A DNA stretch of 64,000 bases from Phototrophicaceae bacterium (GTDB lineage: Bacteria > Chloroflexota > Anaerolineae > Aggregatilineales > Phototrophicaceae), in contig OZ243936.1 in the NCBI GenBank assembly GCA_965214075.1, positions 1,929,797-1,993,796 on the forward strand. Reading direction: 5' to 3'. The translations under genes and the position numbers were made by a program. The notes beneath the pieces are model-generated. The model made no database searches, was not told where the DNA came from, and was given only the letters and a program-made list of their open reading frames with translations. Below, piece by piece: positions 1 through 10,907 of this stretch; the first letter of the stretch is position 1, and every line of letters begins with the position of its first letter.

Positions 1-2
1 GC

Positions 3-800
<798 letters not shown>

Positions 801-939
801 CGCTATAAGCTGGCTGCTGTCGCCAGGACCCAGCTTCGGAAAGGAGGTGTTGACATGTCAGAAGATGGTCTCGTTGATCTTAGACGACGAATCAGCTGCG
901 AACTTGACCGAATTCAATTGACGAAAGGAACACCTCTCT

Positions 940-2589
940 ATGGCTATTCATTCGCTTGTACAGGCTGGTATACAAACAGGTATGCGAACATACGACGAAA
1001 ACACAGTCATCGTCTTTGACACAACGTTGCGCGATGGCGAGCAAAGCCCGGGCGCGACCTTGTCTAGCGCCGAAAAGCTGGAAATAGCCCGGCAGTTGTC
1101 GCGCCTCGGCGTCGATGTTATCGAAGCCGGCTTCCCCGCCGCTTCCCCCGACGACCTCAAAGCGGTGCAGCGGATTGCCCGCGAAGTTGGTACGCCCGAG
1201 GGGCCGACCATCGCCGGTTTGTCGCGCGCCTTGGAAGGTGATATTTTGACCGCTTGGGAAGGCGTGCGCGCAGCTGCCAAGCCGCGCATCCATACTTTCC
1301 TGGGCACCTCGCCCAGCCATTTGGCTATGCTGCGCATCGACAAAGACCAGGGATTGCAGCGCATTCGCGCGGCGGTCACCCTGGCAAAGAGCCTCTGCGA
1401 CGATGTCGAATTCAGCCCAATGGACGCGGGACGAACGGACACGGAATACTTGATTCAAGCCTGCGCTGTGGCAGTCGAAGCTGGCGCGACCACCTTGAAT
1501 ATTCCGGATACAGTCGGCTATGTCATGCCGACGGAATGGGCGGAAACGCTGGAGATGCTGATTAACGAGACGCCAGGTGCCGGACCCGGCAGCGGGATAA
1601 TCTGGTCGGTGCATTGCCATAACGATTTGGGACTGGCGACCGCCAATACCCTGGCTGGCTTGAATAAAGGTGTGCGCCAGGTCGAAGTAACTATCAACGG
1701 CATTGGCGAGCGCGCCGGCAATACCAGCTTGGAAGAAGTTGTGATGGCCATCCAAACGCGCAAAGCCTATTATGGCTTGCGCACCAATATCGACTCGACG
1801 CAGATTATGAAAACCAGCCGCATGGTGCGCAATTATATGGGCATGCCCGTGCAGCCCAATAAAGCGATTGTTGGTGCCAACGCCTTCGCCCATGAATCCG
1901 GCATACATCAAGACGGCGTGCTGAAAAACGCCGAAACCTTCGAAATCATGATGCCGGAAGATGTCGGCTTGACCCAGAGCAAACTGATTTTGGGCAAGCT
2001 AAGCGGGCGGCACGCGCTGCGCGTGCGCTTGCGCGAACTGGGATACGAGATTGATGGCGAAGAGCTAATCGAGATATTCAAGCGCTTCAAAGATTTGGCC
2101 GACCACAAAAAGACGGTTACCGACGCCGACCTGGAAGCCCTAGTCGCGGATGAAGCCGCGCATAAGCCCGAAGATCATTTTCGCTTGATTGACATTCAAG
2201 TCGCCTGTGGCACGATGGGCATGCCAACCGCGACGGTCAAGATGATCAATCAATTCGGCGAGGAATCGATTGTCGCCTCGGTTGGTGCCGGTCCTGTGGA
2301 CGCCTCCTACCGCGCCGTCGACGAAATTATCCAAGCGCCCAACGTCTTGCTGGAATTCAACGTGCACAGTGTTACCGAAGGCATTGACGCCCTGGGCGAA
2401 GTTACCGTGCGCATCTCGCCAGAAAACAGCAATCGCACCTTTGGCGGCTATGGCGCGGACAGTGACATTGTTGTTTCTAGCGTGAAAGCCTATGTCGCGG
2501 CATTGAATCGCATGATATCCAGCTTGGGCATCGGTGATGTCGTGGCGGAAGGCGAAGCGGCTACAGTGGGATTGACAGCGTCTTCCTAG
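940..2589 (+). CDS. leuA: 2-isopropylmalate synthase
   Basis: 549-aa ORF with [11 protein letters not shown] and [16 protein letters not shown] motifs and a C-terminal LeuA regulatory domain. AAAGGA lies upstream of ATG 940; ATG 982 is an alternative start. Confidence 0.9.
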   Translation: MAIHSLVQAGIQTGMRTYDENTVIVFDTTLRDGEQSPGATLSSAEKLEIARQLSRLGVDVIEAGFPAASPDDLKAVQRIAREVGTPEGPTIAGLSRALEGDILTAWEGVRAAAKPRIHTFLGTSPSHLAMLRIDKDQGLQRIRAAVTLAKSLCDDVEFSPMDAGRTDTEYLIQACAVAVEAGATTLNIPDTVGYVMPTEWAETLEMLINETPGAGPGSGIIWSVHCHNDLGLATANTLAGLNKGVRQVEVTINGIGERAGNTSLEEVVMAIQTRKAYYGLRTNIDSTQIMKTSRMVRNYMGMPVQPNKAIVGANAFAHESGIHQDGVLKNAETFEIMMPEDVGLTQSKLILGKLSGRHALRVRLRELGYEIDGEELIEIFKRFKDLADHKKTVTDADLEALVADEAAHKPEDHFRLIDIQVACGTMGMPTATVKMINQFGEESIVASVGAGPVDASYRAVDEIIQAPNVLLEFNVHSVTEGIDALGEVTVRISPENSNRTFGGYGADSDIVVSSVKAYVAALNRMISSLGIGDVVAEGEAATVGLTASS

Positions 2590-2648
2590 GCGCGCAGGCA
2601 GAAATTTGCCCGGATGAATGGTAAGAAAAATTGCAAGAGGAATATGGC

Positions 2649-4079
2649 ATGACAAATAATGGCAGACCCCGCACCCTTTTCGAAAAGGTGTGGGATTCAC
2701 ATACCGTCCGCGACCAGAGTGCCGACAGCCCCGCAGTGCTCTATATTGATTTGCACCTGGTGCACGAAGTAACATCCCCGCAAGCCTTTTCGATGCTGCG
2801 CGAGCGTGGGCTCCTGGTGCGGCGGCCCGATCTCACCATTGGCACGATGGATCACAGCACGCCAACCACACCGCGCAACGAGCTGGGTATCATCCCCGTC
2901 GCCGACGCCATGGCCGCCAAGCAGCTCGATACGTTCACGCGCAATTGCGACGATTATGGCATTCCCATGTATGCCCTGGGCGACGAACATCAAGGCATCG
3001 TGCACGTCATCGGACCCGAAAAAGGGCTCACGCAGCCGGGCATGACCATCGTCTGTGGCGACAGCCATACCAGTACGCATGGCGCTTTTGGCGCATTGGC
3101 TTTTGGCATCGGCACCAGCGAGGTCGGCCATGTTTTGGCGACGCAGACGCTCTTGCAGAATAAGCCCAAAACCATGGCGGTCAATGTCGAAGGTAAGCTG
3201 GAAGAAGGCGTTACCGCCAAGGATATCATCCTGGCGATCATCGCCCGCATCGGCATCGGCGGCGGCACGGGGCATGTCTTTGAATACCGCGGCGAAGCCA
3301 TCCGCAGTTTGAGCATGGAAGGGCGCATGACCGTGTGCAATATGTCGATTGAAGGTGGCGCGCGCGCGGGCATGGTCGCCCCAGACGATACCACGTTTGA
3401 GTACATCAACGGGCGCGTACACGCGCCAACAGGCGCGGGTTGGGATGCCGCCTTGGCAAAGTGGCGGCGGCTGCCGTCTGATGATGGCGCGGCTTATGAC
3501 CAGGAAATCACTTTACGCGCGGACGAGTTAATCCCAATGATAACTTACGGGACAAACCCCGGTATGGGCATGCCCATCACAGCCGCGGTGCCCGCCCCCG
3601 AGGACGAAAGCGACCTCAACAAGAAGATAGCGCTGGATAAGGCGCTGGCATATATGGACCTGCGGCCGGGCCAGCGGCTGCTGGGCAAGCCGATTGACGT
3701 GGTCTTCATCGGCAGCTGCACCAATTCGCGCATCAGCGATTTGCGCCAGGCTGCCAATTTCATTGCGGGCCGCCAAGTGGCGGACGGCTTGCGCATGATG
3801 GTTGTGCCCGGCTCGCAACAGGTCAAGCGCCAAGCCGAAGCCGAAGGGCTGGACGAGGTCTTCCGCGCGGCTGGCGCGGAATGGCGCGAAGCCGGCTGTT
3901 CGATGTGCATCGCGATGAACGGCGACCAATTGCAGCCGGGCCAATACGCGGTTTCGACAAGCAACCGCAACTTCGAGGGCCGCCAAGGCAAAGGCGGGCG
4001 AACCTTCCTGGCTAGCCCACTGACCGCGGTCGCCTCGGCAGTTGCCGGCGTCGTCAGCGATCCGCGCGTCATGCTCTAG
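2649..4079 (+). CDS. leuC: 3-isopropylmalate dehydratase large subunit
   Basis: Aconitase-family motifs [17 protein letters not shown] and [11 protein letters not shown] 2649 has AGAGGA 8 nt upstream; the ORF-track start at 2631 is a TTG. Confidence 0.92.
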   Translation: MTNNGRPRTLFEKVWDSHTVRDQSADSPAVLYIDLHLVHEVTSPQAFSMLRERGLLVRRPDLTIGTMDHSTPTTPRNELGIIPVADAMAAKQLDTFTRNCDDYGIPMYALGDEHQGIVHVIGPEKGLTQPGMTIVCGDSHTSTHGAFGALAFGIGTSEVGHVLATQTLLQNKPKTMAVNVEGKLEEGVTAKDIILAIIARIGIGGGTGHVFEYRGEAIRSLSMEGRMTVCNMSIEGGARAGMVAPDDTTFEYINGRVHAPTGAGWDAALAKWRRLPSDDGAAYDQEITLRADELIPMITYGTNPGMGMPITAAVPAPEDESDLNKKIALDKALAYMDLRPGQRLLGKPIDVVFIGSCTNSRISDLRQAANFIAGRQVADGLRMMVVPGSQQVKRQAEAEGLDEVFRAAGAEWREAGCSMCIAMNGDQLQPGQYAVSTSNRNFEGRQGKGGRTFLASPLTAVASAVAGVVSDPRVML

Positions 4080-4119
4080 TCCAATTGCGGCCAGCTGCCC
4101 GCAAAACAAACGAGAAACG

Positions 4120-4743
4120 ATGGATAATACGATGGAAAAACTGAAACATATCCAAGGGTCGATTGTCGCCATCCCGGTAAATGACATTGATACCGACCAG
4201 ATCATTCCCGCGCGCTTCCTCAAAGTGACGGACAAGGCTGGCTTGGGCAAGGCGGCTTTCTGTGACTGGCGCTACTTGGAAGACGGCAGGACGCCCAACC
4301 CAGAGTTCATTTTGAACAATCCCGCTTATGCCGGTGCCTCTGTTCTGATAGCCGGCAATAACTTCGGCTGCGGCAGCTCGCGCGAGCACGCGCCTTGGGC
4401 GCTGATTGGCGCAGGCTTCAAGGCAGTCATCAGCACAGAATTCGCCGATATCTTCCGCAACAACTCGCTTAAGAATGGTTTGCTGCCCATCGTTGTTGAT
4501 GAAGAAACGCAGAGGCAATTGTTCAGCTTGGCGGCTGAAGACCCCGGCACCAGCCTGAGCGTGGATGTGGAAGCGCAGCGCTTGACGTTGCCCGATGGCC
4601 GCCAGGTCCAGTTTCCTTTGGACGGCTTTTCCAAATACTGTCTGTTAAACGGCGTGGATCAGTTGGGTTACTTGCTCAACTTGGAAAACGAAGTGAACAA
4701 GTTTGAAGCCCTAAATCCGCAGCGTGTGCGCACCACCGCCTAA
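4120..4743 (+). CDS. leuD: 3-isopropylmalate dehydratase small subunit
   Basis: [13 protein letters not shown] motif. ATG 4120 ([13 protein letters not shown]) was chosen because the upstream part of the ORF overlaps the leuC 3' end. Confidence 0.9.
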   Translation: MDNTMEKLKHIQGSIVAIPVNDIDTDQIIPARFLKVTDKAGLGKAAFCDWRYLEDGRTPNPEFILNNPAYAGASVLIAGNNFGCGSSREHAPWALIGAGFKAVISTEFADIFRNNSLKNGLLPIVVDEETQRQLFSLAAEDPGTSLSVDVEAQRLTLPDGRQVQFPLDGFSKYCLLNGVDQLGYLLNLENEVNKFEALNPQRVRTTA

Positions 4744-4787
4744 TCGGCTTGGCACCGGGGCAGGGGAGGAAAAAGGGAAGGTTCGGC

Positions 4788-6392
4788 TTGAAACAATCTG
4801 TGGCGATTTACGATACCACCTTGCGCGATGGCAGCCAGCGGGAAGGCATCTCCTTTTCGGTGGCGGACAAAATACATATCACAAAACTGCTCGACGAATT
4901 GGGCGTAAAATATATCGAAGGCGGTTGGCCCGGCTCCAACCCCAAAGATGCCGCCTACTTCGAGCAAGTCCGCGACTTGAACCTGCGCCATGCTCGGATT
5001 GCCGCTTTTGGCTCCACGCGGCGCAAAGGTGTCAAGCCCGAAGCGGACTTGAACATTCGCGCGCTGGTTGATGCCGATACGCCGGTGGTAACAGTTGTAG
5101 GCAAAACATCGATGCTGCACGTTACCGATGTCTTGCAGACCACCGCTGACGAAAACCTGAACATGATTGCTGACAGCCTCGCTTATCTAAAGGGCTTGGG
5201 CAAAGAAGTGATTTATGACGCCGAACACTTCTTTGATGGTGCCAAGCTGGACATGGAATACGGATTTGATACCTTGGCCGCAGCCTGCGAAGGCGGTGCC
5301 GACGTCATTGTGCTCTGTGATACCAATGGCGGCTCAACGCCCTGGGAAGTGGCGGAATTCATGCACAAGGCGCGCGAGCTCTTCCCCGAGCTGGCTTTTG
5401 GCATCCACACGCACAATGACAGCGAACTCGCGGTTGCCAATTCTTTGGCGGCGGTGCGGGCGGGCGCGATTCAAGTCCAAGGCACGATAAACGGTTATGG
5501 CGAGCGTTGTGGCAACGCCAATCTTTGCAGCGTCATACCGGACCTGATTCTTAAAATGGCTATGCCATGTTTGGCGCGCGATGGCAATCTCGCTACGCTG
5601 ACGAGCTTGTCGCGCGCGGTCGCCGAAATCGCCAATTTGGCACCGGACCGGCATCTGCCCTACGTCGGCAAGAGCGCTTTCGCGCATAAAGGCGGCATCC
5701 ACGTGGCGGCAATGCGGCGCAATGTGGATAGTTATCAGCACATCGATCCATCGCAGGTCGGCAACAAAACGCGGGTTTTAGTATCGGATTTATCAGGACG
5801 CGGCAATCTGTTGAGCAAGGCGGAAGAATTGGGCTTGGATGTCTCCAAGACCGAGGCGGTACAAGTCTTGAACGACATTAAGCGCTTAGAGAACGCCGGC
5901 TTCGCCTTTGAAGGCGCGGAGGCGTCGGTCGCGGTGCGTCTGCGGCGCACTCAAGCGGATTATAAGCCAATCTTCGAGCTGATTGATTTCAAAGTGATTG
6001 TCGAAGAAAGCAAAAATAACGAGCCGACTGCGGTGGCGATGGTAGAGATTGATGTCGATGTCGACGGCGATGTCATGCACACTGCCGCAAAAGGCAACGG
6101 ACCCGTAAACGCGCTCGACCTGGCGCTGCGCAAGGCTTTGCTTCCGAAATATCCCGAGCTAGAGGATATTCAGTTAGTGGATTACAAAGTGCGCATCCTC
6201 GATAGCCAACATGCCACCGGCGCGATGACGCGCGTCTTGATTGATTCTTACAATGGCAAAGAACGCTGGACCACCGTCGGCGCGGGCACCGACATCATCC
6301 ACGCGAGTTGGCTGGCGCTGGTCGACAGCGTCGAATATGGCTTGTCGCTCGCGGCGAAGAACGAGGTTCAGCCGGTCCTAAGCCGGTCCTAA
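4788..6392 (+). CDS. cimA: citramalate synthase-type LeuA-family enzyme (CimA-like)
   Basis: YDTTLRDGSQREG and HTHNDSELAVANSLAAV motifs plus a long C-terminal LeuA-dimer-type domain. The N-terminus KQSVAIYDTTLRDG fits the CimA branch. TTG 4788 has GGGAAGG 6 nt upstream; the ORF opens at TTG 4749. Confidence 0.72.
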   Translation: MKQSVAIYDTTLRDGSQREGISFSVADKIHITKLLDELGVKYIEGGWPGSNPKDAAYFEQVRDLNLRHARIAAFGSTRRKGVKPEADLNIRALVDADTPVVTVVGKTSMLHVTDVLQTTADENLNMIADSLAYLKGLGKEVIYDAEHFFDGAKLDMEYGFDTLAAACEGGADVIVLCDTNGGSTPWEVAEFMHKARELFPELAFGIHTHNDSELAVANSLAAVRAGAIQVQGTINGYGERCGNANLCSVIPDLILKMAMPCLARDGNLATLTSLSRAVAEIANLAPDRHLPYVGKSAFAHKGGIHVAAMRRNVDSYQHIDPSQVGNKTRVLVSDLSGRGNLLSKAEELGLDVSKTEAVQVLNDIKRLENAGFAFEGAEASVAVRLRRTQADYKPIFELIDFKVIVEESKNNEPTAVAMVEIDVDVDGDVMHTAAKGNGPVNALDLALRKALLPKYPELEDIQLVDYKVRILDSQHATGAMTRVLIDSYNGKERWTTVGAGTDIIHASWLALVDSVEYGLSLAAKNEVQPVLSRS

Positions 6393-6476
6393 AGACTAGC
6401 GACATTGTCCAGCATTATTCAACTGCGGCGCGCCGCTGAAGATTGCGCCGCCATTTGTTCAAGGGAGAAAGAAGCA

Positions 6477-7538
6477 ATGAAGGCAAGGATCGCCGTTTTG
6501 CCGGGCGATGGCATCGGACCCGAAGTCGTCCGCCAGTCGACGCGCTTATTGAGCGCCATAGCCGAGAAAAACGGGCATGATTTCACTTTTGTTGAAGGCA
6601 TGATTGGTGGCATTGCTATTGATGAAACCGGCCAAGCGCTGCCCGAAGCAACCATCAAAATCTGCGAAAGCGCCGATGCGATTCTGCTGGGCGCGGTCGG
6701 CGGACCCAAATGGTCGGACCCAACGGCGAGCGTGCAGCCGGAACGCGGGCTGCTGGAACTGCGCCAGCGCTTTGGTTTGTTCGCCAACCTGCGCCCGGTC
6801 AAGACTTATCCGGACTTGCTGGAACATGCGCCGCTGCGCGCCGATCTGCTGCGTGATGTCGACATTCTCTTTGTGCGCGAGCTGGTCAGCGGGATTTATT
6901 TTGGCGAGCGCCAAGAGCAGGGCAGCGGCGAAGCATCTTACGATACGATGCGTTATACGCGCGCCGAAGTTGAACAAGTGGCGAATGTGGCCTTCCGCGC
7001 CGCGCAGGGGCGGCGCAAAAAATTGTGCTCGGTTGATAAAGCCAATGTATTGGCGACCATGCGCCTATGGCGGCGCACGGTTGTCGATGTTGCGGAAGAG
7101 TACGCGGATGTCGAACTTGAGCACCTGCTGGTAGACGCCGCGACCATGCACCTGCTCACGCGCCCGGGCAGCTTTGACGTGATTGTCGCGGGCAATATGT
7201 TTGGTGACATTCTCAGCGATGAAGCCTCGGTATTGGCTGGCAGCCTGGGCATGCTGCCTTCAGCCTCGCTACGCTCGGATACATTTGGCTTGTACGAACC
7301 TGTGCATGGCTCCGCACCGGATATCGCCGGGCAAGGCAAAGCCAATCCCATCGGCATGTTTTTGAGCGCCGCCATGCTGCTGCGCTACAGCTTGGGCTTA
7401 GAAGCCGAAGCCGCGTCCATCGAGGCGGCTATCGACTCCGCGCTGGCTGATGGCTTGCGCACTGCCGATATCGCCGGCCAAGACGGCACGGCGGTCTCGA
7501 CCGACGTTTTTGCCGATGCCGTAATCGCCAAGTTATAG
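6477..7538 (+). CDS. leuB: 3-isopropylmalate dehydrogenase
   Basis: Motifs LGAVGGPKW, NMFGDILSDEAS and GSAPDIAG. ATG 6477 is preceded by AAGGGAGAAAG. Confidence 0.92.
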   Translation: MKARIAVLPGDGIGPEVVRQSTRLLSAIAEKNGHDFTFVEGMIGGIAIDETGQALPEATIKICESADAILLGAVGGPKWSDPTASVQPERGLLELRQRFGLFANLRPVKTYPDLLEHAPLRADLLRDVDILFVRELVSGIYFGERQEQGSGEASYDTMRYTRAEVEQVANVAFRAAQGRRKKLCSVDKANVLATMRLWRRTVVDVAEEYADVELEHLLVDAATMHLLTRPGSFDVIVAGNMFGDILSDEASVLAGSLGMLPSASLRSDTFGLYEPVHGSAPDIAGQGKANPIGMFLSAAMLLRYSLGLEAEAASIEAAIDSALADGLRTADIAGQDGTAVSTDVFADAVIAKL

Positions 7539-7662
7539 CTTGCGCTGCTTATGTTAGGGCTGGATTTACCGCAGGACCGCTGTCGGCGGCTTTTTAATGC
7601 CTGAGTAGAACCAAGTTAATGATGTAAAATTTGCGAAACATACCAACTTCATTGTCGAGCCA

Positions 7663-7688
7663 CCCTTCCCTGATGATTCGGGGAAGGG
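7663..7688. repeat. GC-rich REP-like hairpin (CCCTTCCC-N10-GGGAAGGG) in the leuB/murA convergent spacer
   Basis: The 8-bp perfect inverted repeat is read directly. It is followed by a G-rich tract GGCTGGGGATGGGG and then GGCGATTCACG, which resembles the GGGGCGATTC motif of the other repeats in this window. Confidence 0.45.
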
Positions 7689-7742
7689 CTGGGGATGGGG
7701 TAGAAAAGCGGCGATTCACGTATTTTCATTACTTTCTTGGTT

Positions 7743-9029
7743 CTACTTGTGCTGGCGTGTGATGTCTGCGCCAAGCTGGTTGAGCAAGATTTCGATTCCC
7801 TCGTAACCGCGGTCGATTTGATAGACGTTTTCGATGATGCTTTCGCCATCCGCGGCCAGGGCAGCCAACAGCACCGTTGCGCCGGCACGGATGCTTTCCG
7901 CCCGAATGCGCGCCGGGCGCAGTTTGCTGACGCCCTTGATTATACAGACATCGTTCTGGCTGATGATTATATCCGCGCCCATTTGCAGCAGCGCGTCGAC
8001 ATAGTCGTAACGGTTGTCGAAAATTCTTTCGCGGATATAGCTGGTCCCCATTGCCACGCTGGATAATGCCGCGAAGCAGGGTTGCAAATCCGTCGGGAAA
8101 CCGGGGTAGAAGTCTGTCTGGATATTTATCGGGTTCAGGTCCTGGTGCAATGGACGAAAAACGCGAATCGACTTGCCCGCTACTTCGATGCCAACGCCCA
8201 TTTGTTCCAGCTTTGCGATGACGATGCGCAAGTTATCGGGTTCGACATCGCGTATCGTGACATCGCCGCCGGTTATCGCGGTCGCCACCATGACCGTTCC
8301 CGTGACCAGGCGGTCGGGCATCGGCGTATACTCGATGGCGCGCAGCTTCTCGACGCCATTAATCAGCAGCGTATGCGAACCGAGTCCGCGTATGTCGGCC
8401 CCCATCGCAACCAGGAAATTGCCAAAATCCAGCACTTCTGGCTCGACCGAGGCGTTTTCCAAGATGGTCTGCCCCTCAGCCAGCGCTGCCGCGAACATCA
8501 GATTTTCGGTGCCGGTGTGGCTAGGCAGGTCCAGATAGAGCGACGTGCCGACAAATCGGCGTTTTTCGAGAGCAATCACCGTGCGGCCGTCATCAAAATT
8601 TTGCACTCTGGCACCCAAGCGCGCGAATCCGCGATGATGAAAATCAATCTTGCGCGTGCCGATATCACATCCGCCGCTGCCCGGCAATTCCACATAGCCG
8701 AGGCGAATCTGCAGCGGTGCCAGAAAAAGCACCGAGCCGCGAAATTGAGAGGCAATCTCGTCCGGCAAGATGCCGGTATGCACGCCCGAAGCGTCAATTC
8801 GCGCCGTCCCGTTCGCCTCGTCATGGTCGACGACCGCGCCGACCGCGCGCAACAGCTCGAATGCGCGCCGCACGTCCGCAATGTTGGGCACGCTATGCAA
8901 AACCGTTTCGCCTTCTTCGCAGACGATGGCTGCCGCGATCATCCCGAGGATTGCGTTCTTCGCCCGCTGCACTTGAACCGTGCCATGCAGGGCTTTTCCA
9001 CCCATGACGCGGAATGCTGTTGTCTTCAT
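7743..9029 (-). CDS. murA: UDP-N-acetylglucosamine 1-carboxyvinyltransferase
   Basis: N-terminus MKTTAFRVMGGKALHG and active-site loop GGCDIGTRKIDFHH, with two-domain EPSP/MurA periodicity. ATG at 9029. Confidence 0.9.
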   Translation of the reverse strand: MKTTAFRVMGGKALHGTVQVQRAKNAILGMIAAAIVCEEGETVLHSVPNIADVRRAFELLRAVGAVVDHDEANGTARIDASGVHTGILPDEIASQFRGSVLFLAPLQIRLGYVELPGSGGCDIGTRKIDFHHRGFARLGARVQNFDDGRTVIALEKRRFVGTSLYLDLPSHTGTENLMFAAALAEGQTILENASVEPEVLDFGNFLVAMGADIRGLGSHTLLINGVEKLRAIEYTPMPDRLVTGTVMVATAITGGDVTIRDVEPDNLRIVIAKLEQMGVGIEVAGKSIRVFRPLHQDLNPINIQTDFYPGFPTDLQPCFAALSSVAMGTSYIRERIFDNRYDYVDALLQMGADIIISQNDVCIIKGVSKLRPARIRAESIRAGATVLLAALAADGESIIENVYQIDRGYEGIEILLNQLGADITRQHK

Positions 9030-9224
9030 CAATCTGCAAGCTCCCCATCTCGGCAATCACCCTGCGCTAAGCATAGCATATTGTTTCTGATCTGATAATC
9101 AGAGGGGGAGCTGTTTCTGGGCTTTTGTATCCAGGGCAAGCGCATCAAATCATTTCAACACTTAGGCACCAAGGGGCGCGTAGGTCGCGTAGACACTGAC
9201 CGCCGACTCTGACCTCCAACTCCG

Positions 9225-9271
9225 AGAATTATCAAAAATATGCCAATAATGGCCGCAATGTAGGGGCGATT
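9225..9271. repeat. dispersed ~48-nt repeat module, copy A (AGAATTATCAAAAATATGCCAATAATGGCCGCAATGTAGGGGCGATT)
   Basis: By hand alignment about 43 of 48 positions are identical to 38422..38469. It is flanked by the short inverted repeat ACTGACCGCC (9195) / GGCGGTCA (9272). Confidence 0.65.
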
Positions 9272-9360
9272 GGCGGTCAAACGGTCAGTATCGCACCCGC
9301 GCTGTCTCAGTTTGATGATAAAATGCCATAGTTCTGAATATTGATGCAATTTGCCTTGGC

Positions 9361-9389
9361 TTGCAGTCCCTGCCCGCATGTGCTATGAT
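9361..9389 (+). promoter_or_regulatory. candidate sigma70-type promoter (TTGCAG-N17-TGcTATGAT) for the riboswitch-met transcript
   Basis: Hexamers were read directly and lie about 35 nt upstream of riboswitch P1. Confidence 0.4.
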
Positions 9390-9420
9390 GCGCGCAATTA
9401 ACAATCAAAGACTAAGTTTT

Positions 9421-9526
9421 ACGCTTATCCAGAGGTGGCGGAGAGACCGACTCGACGAAGCCACAGCAACCCCCAGATGGCAATGGGAAGGTGCTAATTT
9501 CGGCAGTTATTCTGGAAGATGAGGGT
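9421..9526 (+). promoter_or_regulatory. SAM-I (S-box) riboswitch
   Basis: The sequence CTTATCCAGAGGTGGCGGAGAGACCGACTCGACGAAGCCACAGCAACC...GGTGCTAATTTCGGCAG...GGAAGATGAG matches the SAM-I consensus. That includes the P1 pairing CTTATC/GATGAG, the GGUGCUAAUU segment and GCAACC. A methionine-pathway gene lies downstream. Confidence 0.85.
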
Positions 9527-9594
9527 AAATGCCTGCGCAGCATGCAGGTTATTCCGTAGACTGTGCCGCAGTCATTGTTTTTGTCAATTCACGG

Positions 9595-9640
9595 AAGCCC
9601 AAACGGCGCTTAGGCTTAAGCCAGTTTGGGCTTTTTGTTT
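9595..9640 (+). terminator. intrinsic terminator (expression platform of the SAM riboswitch)
   Basis: 10-bp stem AAGCCCAAAC/GTTTGGGCTT followed by TTTTGTTT, ending 16 nt before the ATG at 9656. Confidence 0.75.
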
Positions 9641-9655
9641 GCATGAGGCGAGACC

Positions 9656-10906
9656 ATGAAATCATCGAATAAAGGGCGTACAGCGAGTTTTGCGGGTGCC
9701 AGCACACAATCCGTCCATGGCGGTGCCGCGCGCGATAAGGGCTTCCATTCCATTACCACACCGATTGTGCAATCCGCAACTTATGCTTTTGAGAACACGG
9801 CAAAGCTCATCGAATTCCTCGACGCCAAGGTCTATGGCGGCGAATTAGATCGCGAGGAATACGCTCGCTATGGCAATCCCTCGGTCTGGGCGGTGGAGAA
9901 TCGCATTGCCGAGCTGGAAGGCGCGGAAGACGCGGCGATTTATCCCTCGGGCATGTCGGCTGTAACTTCGCTCTTCTTGACCACGCTGCGCCCGGATACC
10001 CATATCGTCATGACCGATGACTGCTATCGCAGAACGCGACAATTTTGCGATACGACCTTGCGGAAATTTGGCGTCGCCACAACTGTCGTCCCGATGGGCG
10101 ATTATGCAGCCTTGGAAGCCGCCATCGTGCCCCGCAAGACGCGCTTCATTTTCACTGAAACCCCCACTAATCCATATTTGCGCGTGGCGGACCTGGAGCG
10201 GCTGGTGGCCCTGGGCAAGCAATACCGGACGCTAACGCTATTGGATACCACCTTCGCCACGCCGGTCAACTTGCGGCCTTTAGAGTACGGCGTCGATTTT
10301 GTCCTGCACAGCGCCACCAAGTACTTCGGCGGGCACAACGATGTCTTGGCGGGCGTGATTGCCGGCAGCGCGGCGCGCCTCAAAGCGCTGAAAGACGCGC
10401 GCGGCATGCTCGGGAATGTGATTGACCCTCATCAAGCCTATCTAATCGAACGCGGCTTGAAGACGTTGGCGGTGCGTGTGCGGCATCAAAATGCTAGCGC
10501 GCTGGCAGTTGCGCGTTATCTGGAGCGCCATGCCAAGATTGAGCGCGTATATTATCCCGGCTTGCCATCGCACCCCGACTATGAAATTGCCAAGGCGCAG
10601 ATGAGCGGATTCGGCGGCGTCGTGAGTTTTCAAGTAGCGGGCGACTTAGGCGCTACCAGCGGTTTCATTGATCGCCTGCGCATCCCCTATATCGCGCCCA
10701 GCCTGGGCGGCACCGAAAGTCTCATCGAGCAGCCAGCTTATGTGAGTTATTACGACCTGAATGCAGAGGAACGCCGCGCGCTTGGCATTGGCGACAATCT
10801 CGTGCGCCTGGCGCTGGGTATCGAAGACGCCGAAGATATCATCGCCGACCTTGGTCAGGCTTTGTCCGCAGTTCCCGCTTCCTGGTCAAAATCTAGCGCG
10901 CGCTAG
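9656..10906 (+). CDS. Cys/Met-metabolism PLP enzyme (cystathionine gamma-synthase / beta-lyase / O-acylhomoserine sulfhydrylase family)
   Basis: PLP-lysine motif SATKYFGGHNDVLAG and family-typical N- and C-termini. It is controlled by the SAM riboswitch. The exact reaction cannot be read from the sequence. Confidence 0.8.
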   Translation: MKSSNKGRTASFAGASTQSVHGGAARDKGFHSITTPIVQSATYAFENTAKLIEFLDAKVYGGELDREEYARYGNPSVWAVENRIAELEGAEDAAIYPSGMSAVTSLFLTTLRPDTHIVMTDDCYRRTRQFCDTTLRKFGVATTVVPMGDYAALEAAIVPRKTRFIFTETPTNPYLRVADLERLVALGKQYRTLTLLDTTFATPVNLRPLEYGVDFVLHSATKYFGGHNDVLAGVIAGSAARLKALKDARGMLGNVIDPHQAYLIERGLKTLAVRVRHQNASALAVARYLERHAKIERVYYPGLPSHPDYEIAKAQMSGFGGVVSFQVAGDLGATSGFIDRLRIPYIAPSLGGTESLIEQPAYVSYYDLNAEERRALGIGDNLVRLALGIEDAEDIIADLGQALSAVPASWSKSSAR

Positions 10907-10907
10907 A

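Noticed and set aside
892-1911. Long antisense ORFs opposite well-supported genes. Examples are 892-1911(-), 8082-9095(+), 15107-16222(-), 18227-19387(+), 39852-40754(-), 43400-44194(-), 47365-48129(-) and 59187-59975(-).
   Set aside because: Each lies entirely within, and opposite to, a gene with clear family motifs. Their translations are Arg/Ala/Gly/His-rich with no recognisable motifs, which is typical of shadow ORFs in GC-rich DNA.
9155-9379. 74-aa ORF (and the 105-aa ORF at 38386-38703) sharing the peptide NRPYIA..IGIF.
   Set aside because: The shared peptide comes from the dispersed ~48-nt DNA repeat. The rest of each ORF is unrelated, and the 38-kb ORF runs through a long palindrome. 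Both are better explained as repeat elements than as genes.
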